Positions 19,933 through 28,869 of a DNA stretch of 64,000 nt are shown here, in pieces. The stretch is from Ignavibacteriota bacterium (GTDB taxonomy: Bacteria; Bacteroidota; Ignavibacteria; UBA10030): NCBI GenBank assembly GCA_963727825.1, contig CAVSHO010000007.1, positions 224,001-288,000 of the forward strand, given 5' to 3'. The notes below the pieces were generated by a model. It did not search any database, was not told the DNA's origin, and worked only from the letters and a program-made list of their open reading frames with translations. Made by a program: the position numbers and the translations under genes. Each line of letters starts with the position of its first letter. Within the stretch, counting starts at the first letter, position 1.

Positions 19933-20340
19933 ATTATTCCTCGATGACCAGTGATCACAGGTTGAATAAGACGAAGAAATTCCGTATCTTATTACAACAC
20001 ATCAACGAACCAATGATATTCAACTACGGAGTAACAGCATGGCAAATCCTATTACGCATTTCGTGCTCACACCTCAACAGTCTCAGGAAAAGGCATTAAT
20101 AGTAGAACAGATGCGGGCGAACCCTCGCGGCCCGTGGGTAAACGGCAAGCTGACGCGTTTGCCCAAGCAAAAAAGGAAAACATCCGGTAACAAGAAAAAA
20201 GAGGATTAATATCCTCTTTTTTTTATAGCTAAGAACTTCATTATAGCGCTTAACCCAGCGCTTGTGATTCATCCCGCCTAAAAAAGCACCACTCAAGCTT
20301 TAGCAAATTTCTCCTTCGGTTACTGCCATACTCATTTTTC

Positions 20341-20433
20341 AAATGGCCATTCATGAATAATCCGGCTGCGGACGAGATACACAACTATGCCCGCTGTGAC
20401 AACACCGATGCCGGCTGTCATGAACGCGGTGCC
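20341..20433 (-). repeat. Orphan duplicate of the APC permease 3' end
   Basis: 93 bp with 5 mismatches versus 21055-21147; encodes GTAFMTAGIGVVTAGIVVYLVRSRIIHEWPF then EK*. Confidence 0.9.
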
Positions 20434-20441
20434 CGAATTTG

Positions 20442-20470
20442 TTGATAGCGAATTGGAAGATAATTATCTT
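20442..20470 (+). promoter_or_regulatory. Putative sigma70-type promoter of RAYT copy 2
   Basis: TTGATA-N17-TATCTT, about 35 nt upstream of the ATG. Confidence 0.45.
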
Positions 20471-20505
20471 GAGTAATAATAATTGTCCTGTCATCATTTT
20501 CCTCT

Positions 20506-21153
20506 ATGGCATTATACCAAAATACATATCGTATTGAATCTGCACGGCTGCAAACGTATGATTATGCGCAGGCAGGAGATTATTTTGTTACTCTCTGCGC
20601 TCATCGTCATAAATGCGTTTTTGGAGAGGTGCGGGGTGAAGAGATGCACCTCAATGAAATCGGAAAGATCGCTCAGCGTTGCTGGGAGGAAATTCCGAAG
20701 CATTTTCCAAACGTGGAATTGGACGCGTATGTTGTAATGCCCAATCATTTACATGGAATTATTATAATAAAAGATCATGGTAGAGACGTTCAATTGAACG
20801 TCTCTACAGAGGACGCGCTCGCGAACATTATACCTGATACAAATGCAGAATTATCGGAGAAAACACATGCATCAATCTCACCTTACAAGGGATCTCTTTC
20901 TGTTATCATCCGAACATTTAAAGCCGCGGTAACAACTCTCTGCCGGACGAACGGCTATCATCATCTCAGATGGCAATCACGATTCTATGATCACATTATT
21001 CGTGGTGATAAGGATATGGATAACGTGAGAAATTATATTCTACAGAAGCTGTTTAAACGGCCATTCATGAATAATCCGGCTGCGGACGAGATACACAACT
21101 ATGCCCGCTGTGACAACACAGATGCCGGCAGTCATGAACGCAGTACCTGTTGA
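20506..21153 (+). mobile_element. RAYT-like HUH transposase, copy 2 (native C-terminus lost; reads into the permease antisense strand)
   Basis: YRIESARLQTYDYAQAGDYFVTLC, VMPNHLHGI, SLSVIIRTFK, WQSRFYDHIIR, RNYI; GTAG REP inside the CDS at 20780-20807. Confidence 0.88.
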
Positions 21154-22401
21154 ATAAAATATTGCTCCCCACGTTACAAGCGCTAGCAGAGCGGGAAGAG
21201 GATAGAGCCACATCTTGAACGGCAATCGTTCCGATGGCCACCACCGCCGCAACAGCATCACACCGACTGCCTGACCAATGAACTGTACCAGTATCCGCAT
21301 TGCCAGGATTGCCTTAATCGCATCGGTGAGCTTAAACATCAAACTAAAAATGAACGCCATACTCCCTAATATGAGCAATGAAACATGAGGAAAATGTTTT
21401 GTCGGATGGAGGCGGGCGAACGGCGAGAAAAATGCACCATCGGCTGCAGCCGCATAGGGAACGCGGGAGTATCCGAGCAACGCTGAGAACAGTGATGCGA
21501 ATGCAATCCAGAGGATCAGAATAGTTGCGACCGCTGCGGCATGTCCTCCATAGATACGCTCGACAAATGTACTGACAATAAAAGGAGACTCTGCAATTTC
21601 CTTCCATGGAATTACACCTAGGATGCTCATCTGCATGGCGAGATATAATATAGCAATCCCCAGTATAGAAATAAAAATGCTTCGCGGAATATTTTTTTCT
21701 GGTGCTTTCACTTCTCCGCCGAGGTGGCATACATTGTAATAACCGAGATATGTATAAATGGTTTGCACCGTTGCTTGTCCAAGTCCTGCAAAGAATAAGA
21801 ATGAGAAATCCCACGCGCCAGCCGGAAAGTCAAAAGCCAGCCGCCGATCGAAGTGTGTTGTGCCTCCCCATATCAACCAGATAAACGTAAGCACCACACC
21901 TGTCCACAATAAGAGCGACAACCTGCCGATCGTGGTAATGCGCCTGTAGAGAAGAATCACAAGGATGATGACGAGCGCGCCGGAGATTGCTTTTTGCTCC
22001 AGCCCCGTGAGCGGTACAAGGTATGTAAAGTACTGTGCAAAACCGATGGCACCGGAAGCGACAACAAGCGGTGCCAGAAACATCGTCTGCCATATCAGAA
22101 GAAACGACATCGCTTTTCCCCAGCGCGCAGGACCGTACGATTCGCGCAGGAAGAAATAGCTGCCCCCGGCTTTGGGCATTGCGGCGCCAAGTTCCGACCA
22201 CACGAAGCCGTCCATCAATGCGAGTATTGCACCTGCTACCCACGCGATTATCGCCTGAGGGCCGCCCATGGTTTTTACAACGAAGGGGATAACAATGAAC
22301 GGGCCGATCCCCACCATATCGATCATGTTGAGCGCAGTGGCTTCCTTCAGGCCGAGACCACGCTCGAGATGCGCAGGAGTGTTATCGGATGATGATGACA
22401 T
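21040..22401 (-). CDS. APC-family amino acid permease
   Basis: MVGIGPF, WSELGAAMPKAGGSY, GGEVKAPEKNIPRSI, SRVPYAAAADG; about 12 TMs. Confidence 0.92.
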   Translation of the reverse strand: MSSSSDNTPAHLERGLGLKEATALNMIDMVGIGPFIVIPFVVKTMGGPQAIIAWVAGAILALMDGFVWSELGAAMPKAGGSYFFLRESYGPARWGKAMSFLLIWQTMFLAPLVVASGAIGFAQYFTYLVPLTGLEQKAISGALVIILVILLYRRITTIGRLSLLLWTGVVLTFIWLIWGGTTHFDRRLAFDFPAGAWDFSFLFFAGLGQATVQTIYTYLGYYNVCHLGGEVKAPEKNIPRSIFISILGIAILYLAMQMSILGVIPWKEIAESPFIVSTFVERIYGGHAAAVATILILWIAFASLFSALLGYSRVPYAAAADGAFFSPFARLHPTKHFPHVSLLILGSMAFIFSLMFKLTDAIKAILAMRILVQFIGQAVGVMLLRRWWPSERLPFKMWLYPLPALLALVTWGAIFYSTGTAFMTAGICVVTAGIVVYLVRSRIIHEWPFKQLL

Positions 22402-22434
22402 CAGAATATTTTCTGTATAGGAATTGGCATTGAA

Positions 22435-22462
22435 GTAGGGGCGATTCATGAATCGCCCCTAC
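22435..22462. repeat. GTAG-type REP palindrome
   Basis: Perfect 28-bp palindrome GTAGGGGCGATTCATGAATCGCCCCTAC. Confidence 0.85.
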
Positions 22463-22496
22463 CAATGATCGCTGGAAAATTTACATCCAATAAAAA

Positions 22497-22937
22497 TTAC
22501 GCCGGGCGCGGTGACGAGATTGCCAGCTTGTACTCATCCGGATCCTTCAATCGGAACATGCGCGAACCCCAGGGCATGTCAGTAGGCTCGGTATCGAGAA
22601 CTCCGCCAAGCTCTTTGATCCGGTTTGCAATCTTATCAATATTCTGCTCTGTCGTGATGTTCAGCGAAAATCCCTCACCTTTGATCCGGGTCCATCCCTT
22701 GGCTCCGTCATCCTGGTTGATCGAGATTCGCGCGTTCCCGGCCTTGAGCGCTACCGATCTTAATTTACCATCACGCTCCATCTTGCGGTCAATAGTGAAT
22801 CCCAGCACATTGTTATACCATTCAAGGCTTTTACTGAGATCCTTCACCGTCAGTGAGATCGAGAATGTAACGGCATTGAATGACTCAGATTCGGCACGCT
22901 TGCCGGTGTTATCGGGGGTTGTTGAATTGGTGTTCAT
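22497..22937 (-). CDS. VOC/glyoxalase family protein
   Basis: LTVKDLSKSLEWYNNVLGF ... MPWGSRMFRLKDPD. Confidence 0.88.
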   Translation of the reverse strand: MNTNSTTPDNTGKRAESESFNAVTFSISLTVKDLSKSLEWYNNVLGFTIDRKMERDGKLRSVALKAGNARISINQDDGAKGWTRIKGEGFSLNITTEQNIDKIANRIKELGGVLDTEPTDMPWGSRMFRLKDPDEYKLAISSPRPA

Positions 22938-23035
22938 AAGATATCCTTTCTTTTGTACTGTAATAATTATAAAATCATTTTTAAAAATACAATTCTGTCT
23001 ATTTGACTTTGAAGATATACAATAACATTCCGCCG

Positions 23036-24052
23036 CTAAGATTTCTTTATACCGGTTAAAAGGCCTGTCCCGAATTGGGTCTTCATCTTGCTGATCTTTT
23101 TAAACCCGGCTTCCTCCATCCAACTACGCACCTCCGATTCCGTGAATGTATCGCCTTCACGAGTGCCAACCAGCATATTGAGCGAGAAGTACGCCCCTGC
23201 CGCAGGCGAGGTTCGGTCGTTGTTCATTATATAATCCAGTACTACCAGACGTCCATTTGGATTGAGGGCTTCATACGCCTTCCTGAACAATTGTTTATTT
23301 ATCTCCGCGGAGTTACTATGGATAATCGCAGACATAAATACGAGATCAAAACCATTTACCAGGGGATCTACTGTGTAATCACCTCCGACAACGCTGATGA
23401 GATTGCCGAGGTTCTCTGTTTCGATATAGCCTTTTGTCAGGTTTATAACATTCGGCAGATCAAAAACTACTGCAGTAATCCCTTTTCTTGCGCGAACGAA
23501 CGCCATTGAAAATACTCCGGATCCCCCTCCGACATCGAGGACACGTTTTACTCCTTTCAGGTTAATCAACTTGACGATAGCCGGAGCCTGATGAGTCGCC
23601 CGCATATGCATCGCTGCTATGAAAGCTTCTAACCAATTCACTCCGCCGCCGGCTGCAGGTTCGCGCACAACTACTGATGACCCTTTGCGCACGGCATTCG
23701 TAAGTGTACTCCAAGTGTTCCACAGGCTGACCTGATGCATGAGCCCTCCCAGGTAATCAGTTTTTCCTTTTACAAGGAAGCGTGATGTGAGTGGAGTATT
23801 TGAAAATTTCCCTTTCTTCTTGATGAGAAATCCGGAGGCACAAAGGGCATTCAGCAGCCTGTCGGTTGCCCGCGGGTTCGTTTGCGCCATCAGTGCAGTT
23901 TCTTCGGAAGATTTCCACTCACCGCCGAGGTAGGTAAAAAGATCGAGCTCGAAAGCAGTCAATAGAACCCTTGCCTCTCGAAATGCATAAACTGAATCCA
24001 GTATAGTTGAGGGAGAGAGGTCTGTTTTTTTTCCAGATGTGCGTTTTGTCAT
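23036..24052 (-). CDS. SAM-dependent O-methyltransferase with a dimerisation domain
   Basis: wHTH N-domain, LDVGGGSG, FDLP, GDY, IIH, LNPNGRL, FSLNML. Confidence 0.9.
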   Translation of the reverse strand: MTKRTSGKKTDLSPSTILDSVYAFREARVLLTAFELDLFTYLGGEWKSSEETALMAQTNPRATDRLLNALCASGFLIKKKGKFSNTPLTSRFLVKGKTDYLGGLMHQVSLWNTWSTLTNAVRKGSSVVVREPAAGGGVNWLEAFIAAMHMRATHQAPAIVKLINLKGVKRVLDVGGGSGVFSMAFVRARKGITAVVFDLPNVINLTKGYIETENLGNLISVVGGDYTVDPLVNGFDLVFMSAIIHSNSAEINKQLFRKAYEALNPNGRLVVLDYIMNNDRTSPAAGAYFSLNMLVGTREGDTFTESEVRSWMEEAGFKKISKMKTQFGTGLLTGIKKS

Positions 24053-24305
24053 GATTGCCTCATGCTTTCCGGATTTGTTTTATCAACATCTACTTGCATG
24101 TAATTTAACGTACTAATTCAGAAGAGCAGAAGCAATATTCTTACTATGACCTGCTCCATCAACTCGTCAATCTGATAAAATTATTCGATAGTGATAATTG
24201 AGCAAGATAGTCGTGCCAATGAAAAGATACAGGAATTGCCTGTATCAATCGAGATACAAGACGGCAACCATCAATAAATCATCTCTCAGATGAAAGGAGC
24301 ATCCC

Positions 24306-24884
24306 ATGCCTAGAATTATTTCAACTCTCATGTTTGCCGCGCTCGCGACACTGCTCGTGGCATTCACTTCGGCTCAGGAGAAAAAAACAGTTGAGCCTCC
24401 AAAGCCGGCGAAAAGTCCCTCTGAGGAGTTGTTGTGGGGGTGGAACGGTATCGGGGGAAAGCTGATCGCCATGGCGGAAGATTTTCCCGAAGATAAATAT
24501 AATTTCAAAGCTCAGAAGGATGAACGGACGTTTGGCGGTAATCTCCTGCACGTTGCAGCAGATTACTATTACATAATCAATGCTATCAAAGGATCAGAGG
24601 TGGGATACATCGGGAACGATGATTCTTTGCACAAAAAGTATTCGACGAAAGCAGACATTGTAAAATACTTGAAACAGGCAGTTGCTGACGGTGCAGAGCT
24701 GATCAAAGCACAAGGTGACAGTGGATTGGCACGCGAGTTTAAGTTGCCATGGGGCAATATAATGGTTCATTGTTCGTTTGGTTGGATGAGTACTATCGAG
24801 CACGCCGGCGAACATTATGGACAATTGGTAGTGTATTACCGTCTCAACGAAATGGTGCCACCTGCGTCCCGTCCGAGAAAGTAG
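24306..24884 (+). CDS. Exported DinB family protein
   Basis: Signal peptide; MAEDFPEDKYNFK..RTFG..LLHVA..EHAGEHYGQLVVYYRL. Confidence 0.85.
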   Translation: MPRIISTLMFAALATLLVAFTSAQEKKTVEPPKPAKSPSEELLWGWNGIGGKLIAMAEDFPEDKYNFKAQKDERTFGGNLLHVAADYYYIINAIKGSEVGYIGNDDSLHKKYSTKADIVKYLKQAVADGAELIKAQGDSGLAREFKLPWGNIMVHCSFGWMSTIEHAGEHYGQLVVYYRLNEMVPPASRPRK

Positions 24885-24897
24885 CATAGGTGAAATA

Positions 24898-25095
24898 TTG
24901 CGAGAAGTACTTCGGCTTCAACTCGATAACAAACCGGGTTCGTTTGCATTTGTCGTCTCACGTCTTGGTACGGCCGGTATTAACATTGATTACTGCTATG
25001 GCACAGTAGGCAAAGGACAAAAGGATGCAGCAGTCATACTCGATGTCGAAGATCTCGATCGCGCTATATCTGTCCTTGAAGGAGCTGGAAAGTAA
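24898..25095 (+). pseudogene. ACT-domain fragment (C-terminal half of a 2xACT protein)
   Basis: LDNKPGSFA..LGTAGINIDYCY; TTG start; only one ACT unit. Confidence 0.55.
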
Positions 25096-25309
25096 AAAAG
25101 GAAAACTGCGATGGGCTTACCTGATATTTTTTTTAGCAGGTATTCGTATGAGCTAAGGCATAAACTGAAATTATCTGCCAAACAGCCCGTTATACATTTG
25201 TCTAGACCTATCTGGCGAAACCATTAGATTGCGAACTTTTTATTTAATGTGAATTCTCCTACAATAAAGGATAACTGCTTTTATTCTTGAATTATTCTTG
25301 GGATTTCGC

Positions 25310-25338
25310 TTGACTTTTTTTGTTCTTCTGGTTAATAT
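25310..25338 (+). promoter_or_regulatory. Putative sigma70-type promoter of the lipoprotein-LysM operon
   Basis: TTGACT-N17-TAATAT. Confidence 0.5.
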
Positions 25339-25407
25339 ACATCAAGTATGGTATTGACTAATAAATTCCTTTATATAACAGGTCATAATCAGAAGGAGAA
25401 GAATACA

Positions 25408-25671
25408 ATGAAAAAGCCCTTCGCTCTCATATTAATTGGAAGCGCGATGGTGGCGGGTTCATTCGTTGGCTGCAGCAATAAACCTTCGGAAGAAGAAATG
25501 AAGCAGTTAAACGATTTGAAAGCAGAAGTAACGTCGCTTGAAAAAGGAATTGCAGCACAAGAATCTGAAAAAGCTGCTCTGCTGAAGTCGATTGCAGATA
25601 AGGATGCACAACTGGCACAATGCTCCAAAGATAAAGAAGCACTTCAACAGCGCCTTAAAGGCGGACAATAA
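25408..25671 (+). CDS. Small coiled-coil lipoprotein
   Basis: MKKPFALILIGSAMVAGSFVGC lipobox followed by heptad repeats; AAGGAG RBS. Confidence 0.8.
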   Translation: MKKPFALILIGSAMVAGSFVGCSNKPSEEEMKQLNDLKAEVTSLEKGIAAQESEKAALLKSIADKDAQLAQCSKDKEALQQRLKGGQ

Positions 25672-25700
25672 ACGGATAGCACAACAAGGAGAATGAAAAA

Positions 25701-26462
25701 ATGAAATATTTAGTTCGTTTTACTGTCATTGCCGCGCTTGTGAGTGCATTCGTTTTCAGCTCGTTCGCGCAGGATCAAATGACAAAAGAAGAATGGCAGA
25801 AACAAATAACTGAAATGACTACCAAGCGGAATGATTTGAAAAATCAATTCGCTGGTCTGCAAAAAGAAGTTACTGATCTGCAAAAGCAAGATGCTGACAA
25901 AGCACAGGCATTAAAACAATGTCAGGATGCTCTGGCATCGTTACAAGGCAATCAGGTAGCTCCTTTGGTTGCGAAGGAGGATGCAATTGATGCACGTCTG
26001 AATGAATTATCACGTCTGTCAAATCAGGATCTATGGGCACGTAAAGCAGAGTTAGACAGTGTTCAAAATTGGATTAATGAAGCTCTGAAGGATCCAGTAA
26101 GCGCAATTCAAAAGTATCAAGAGCGCTTGAAGGATCAACAAAGCCGTCTTGATGCTTTAAAGAAGACTCTGGCTAATATTATTGCGACTGGTGAAGTAAT
26201 GCCGACCTACACAGTAGGTACTTGGGCAAAGGATCGAGACTGTTTATGGAATATTGCAAAGAAGCCAAAGATTTATGATAACCCATTCTTGTGGCCAAAG
26301 ATTTGGCAGGGTAATCGTGATCAGATTAAAAATCCTGACGTGATTAAAAAAGGTCAAAAGCTGAAAATTCCGCCAAAGGCAGATTTAACGAAGGAAGAAA
26401 AATCAGCTGTGCGTAAGTATTGGTCAAAGAAAAACGCAAAAGCGGCTGCAGCAAAACCATAA
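25701..26462 (+). CDS. Exported coiled-coil protein with a C-terminal LysM domain
   Basis: Signal peptide, long coiled coil, YTV..DCLWNIA..IY..PFLWPKIWQGNRDQIKNPDVIKKGQKLKIP. Confidence 0.88.
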   Translation: MKYLVRFTVIAALVSAFVFSSFAQDQMTKEEWQKQITEMTTKRNDLKNQFAGLQKEVTDLQKQDADKAQALKQCQDALASLQGNQVAPLVAKEDAIDARLNELSRLSNQDLWARKAELDSVQNWINEALKDPVSAIQKYQERLKDQQSRLDALKKTLANIIATGEVMPTYTVGTWAKDRDCLWNIAKKPKIYDNPFLWPKIWQGNRDQIKNPDVIKKGQKLKIPPKADLTKEEKSAVRKYWSKKNAKAAAAKP

Positions 26463-26511
26463 CGAGATTGAATTACGCGCAATCTTGCGTGTTTATACGG
26501 AATTTGAAAAT

Positions 26512-26555
26512 AAACGCCCTCACGGTATTTTTATTACCGGAGGGCGTTTGTTTTT
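26512..26555 (+). terminator. Rho-independent terminator
   Basis: AAACGCCCTC..GGTA/TACC..GAGGGCGTTT stem followed by a T-tract. Confidence 0.7.
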
Positions 26556-26587
26556 CTCTATATTATTACCAAAGGAGTTGATAAAAG

Positions 26588-27586
26588 TTGACTGAAAAAA
26601 AAATACCACTTGCAGGTGTAGATGTTGTACAATTATTAGGTTTCAATGATGCAAATCTTCAAATGCTTGAAGAACGGTTCGATGCGAACTTGACAGTTCG
26701 CGGCGATCAGTTGACGATTCAAGGATCGCAATTTGAAATTGGGAAGATAGAAAAGGTTGTCAGCGAACTCATTTACATGCTGAATAAAAACGGCACTCTC
26801 AATCCCAACGACATAGATACAGTCATTGATCTTGTTTCGGTCAATGGTTTCACTCCAGATATTCCTTCAGAAACAAAGTTAGAGGATAATGATACTGCAA
26901 TATTGTACACGAAGACCGGCATCATCAAGCCAAGAACCCAAGGCCAAAAACAATACATTCAACAGATCAGGAAAAACGACATTGTCTTTGCGATTGGACC
27001 TGCAGGCACAGGTAAAACTTATTTAGCAGTTGCAATGGCAGTTGCTGCATTGAAAAACCGAGATGTGACGCGTATTATTCTAGCACGACCGGCAGTGGAA
27101 GCGGGAGAAAGCTTAGGATTTTTGCCGGGTGATTTCCGCGAAAAGATTGATCCATACCTGCGTCCGTTATATGATGCGCTGGATGATATGCTTTCCGCAG
27201 AGAAGCTGCGCGGGTACATCGAAAAACGAATTATTGAAATTGTACCGCTGGCATATATGCGCGGAAGAACGCTTCACAACGCGTTTGTGATTTTGGATGA
27301 AGCACAGAATGCTACAGCAATGCAAATGAAAATGTTTCTAACACGCCTTGGTACAAATTCCCGCGCCATCATCACAGGTGATGTTACACAAATCGATTTG
27401 CCTACAAAGACAACATCGGGACTTGTTCAAATACAGGAAATTCTTAAAAAGATTCAGGGTGTTACGTTCTGCTATTTTGACAAATCCGATGTAGTGCGGC
27501 ATCGTCTTGTGAAGGATATCATAGATGCATACGAACGTTACCATACAAATGGAACAGGAGATGGAAAAACAAACGGCGGGAATTAA
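26588..27586 (+). CDS. phoH: PhoH-like ATPase
   Basis: GPAGTGKT, RPAVEAGESLGFLPG, AYMRGRT, DEAQN. Confidence 0.94.
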   Translation: MTEKKIPLAGVDVVQLLGFNDANLQMLEERFDANLTVRGDQLTIQGSQFEIGKIEKVVSELIYMLNKNGTLNPNDIDTVIDLVSVNGFTPDIPSETKLEDNDTAILYTKTGIIKPRTQGQKQYIQQIRKNDIVFAIGPAGTGKTYLAVAMAVAALKNRDVTRIILARPAVEAGESLGFLPGDFREKIDPYLRPLYDALDDMLSAEKLRGYIEKRIIEIVPLAYMRGRTLHNAFVILDEAQNATAMQMKMFLTRLGTNSRAIITGDVTQIDLPTKTTSGLVQIQEILKKIQGVTFCYFDKSDVVRHRLVKDIIDAYERYHTNGTGDGKTNGGN

Positions 27587-27589
27587 TTT

Positions 27590-28363
27590 TCATGACCCTT
27601 TCATTTTTTTCTTTGCATCCCAGATTTCATCCATTTCTTTCATAGAAACAGCTCCGATCTGCTTTCCACGCAGTTGAAGTTCTTTTTCAATGTGGTGGAA
27701 TCGTTTGCTGAACTTATTAATCGATTCTTTCAACGCAAACTCGGGATTGACAACGATAAATCTGGAATAATTGACTAACGAAAAGAGCAAATCACCGAAT
27801 TCTTCTTCGATATGAGCTTGGTTTTTGGATCGTTCTGCGCTGGCGAGTTCTTTAATTTCCTCATCAACTTTTTTCCAGACATCGCGTTTCTTCTTCCAAT
27901 CAAATCCGACTTTAGATGCTTTCTCTTGAATGCGCAGTGCGCGAAGTAATGCCGGCATTTCCTTTGGCACTCCATCAATCACCGATTTTCTTCCTTCGGT
28001 CATCTTGATGTGCTCCCAATTCTTTTTTACTTCGTGCGAATCTTCTGCTACAATATTGCCGAATACATGCGGATGCCGCCGGATCATTTTCTCGGAAATT
28101 GAATCGATAACGTCTCCAAGCGTGAACGATTTCTCTTCTTCCGCCATTACAGCGTGGAGAACAACATGAAGAAGCAGGTCGCCCAGTTCTTTTTTTAGCT
28201 CGTCTGCATCATTTTGATCAATCGCTTCGATGACTTCATAAGTTTCCTCGATCAAACTATGTCGGATAGATTTATGCGTCTGCTCGCGGTCCCATGGACA
28301 TTCTTTTCTGAGACGTCTGACTATTTTGAGAAATTTTTCAATAGGTTCTGTGTTTTTTCTCAT
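27590..28363 (-). CDS. mazG: Nucleoside triphosphate pyrophosphohydrolase
   Basis: CPWDREQT, EETYE, ELGDLL, RRHPHVF, EEEFGDLLF. Confidence 0.95.
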   Translation of the reverse strand: MRKNTEPIEKFLKIVRRLRKECPWDREQTHKSIRHSLIEETYEVIEAIDQNDADELKKELGDLLLHVVLHAVMAEEEKSFTLGDVIDSISEKMIRRHPHVFGNIVAEDSHEVKKNWEHIKMTEGRKSVIDGVPKEMPALLRALRIQEKASKVGFDWKKKRDVWKKVDEEIKELASAERSKNQAHIEEEFGDLLFSLVNYSRFIVVNPEFALKESINKFSKRFHHIEKELQLRGKQIGAVSMKEMDEIWDAKKKMKGS

Positions 28364-28457
28364 GAATGCTCCGATTTTAGATTATCATACCGAAAAACAA
28401 TTCGAGAATCAAATGTTTGTTTTTTTAGATGTTATTGCGTAATTTGATATTAACTAT

Positions 28458-28531
28458 GGGGCTGTAGCTCAGTTTGGGAGAGCGCTTCGTTCGCAACGAA
28501 GAGGTCGTCAGTTCGATCCTGATCAGCTCCA
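28458..28531 (+). tRNA. tRNA-Ala (anticodon CGC)
   Basis: Cloverleaf with acceptor stem GGGGCTG/CAGCTCC and G3:U70, anticodon arm CTTCG-TTCGCAA-CGAAG, T-loop TTCGATC; CCA not encoded. Confidence 0.93.
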
Positions 28532-28564
28532 CGGAACATTCACCCGTAGAGTGGTGAAACGTGA

Positions 28565-28659
28565 GAAGCTGTAACTCAATGGAAAGAGCGTCCCGCTGCA
28601 AGCGGGAAGGTCGTCAGTTCTTCCGAAGGAATCCCTTTGGGAGATCCTGATCAGCTCCA
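28565..28659 (+). pseudogene. Degenerate tRNA-Ala-derived copy with a 22-nt hairpin insertion in the T-loop
   Basis: AGGTCGTCAGTTC[TTCCGAAGGAATCCCTTTGGGA]GATCCTGATCAGCTCCAC matches the tRNA-Ala 3' half outside the insert. Confidence 0.75.
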
Positions 28660-28767
28660 CAAGGTAATAATGTGTGATTAGTTAGTAAATGGAATAAAAA
28701 CAATCAGCATTGATCACAAATTAGCCTATTATAAACATTTATTTATTGGAGTTTTATTTACCTATTT

Positions 28768-28869
28768 GGGGTCAAGTCCTGCGCAACATTGCATTGCCCA
28801 ACCCCGCCAGGTCCGGAAGGAAGCAACGGTCGGCAAACAGTTTTGTGTGACGCAGGGAAGCTTGACCTC
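28768..28869 (+). ncRNA. ffs: Signal recognition particle RNA (small bacterial SRP)
   Basis: GCCAGGTCCGGAAGGAAGCAACGG helix-8 motif; ends GGGGTCAAG/CTTGACCTC pair. Confidence 0.93.

Noticed and set aside
20341-21147. DGR template/variable repeat pair
   Set aside because: Mismatches are mostly synonymous and not confined to adenines of one copy; no RT or avd gene.
13000-25100. Integron cassette array or prophage
   Set aside because: No tyrosine integrase, no consistent RYYYAAC...GTTRRRY attC sites, mixed gene orientation, and no phage structural genes.
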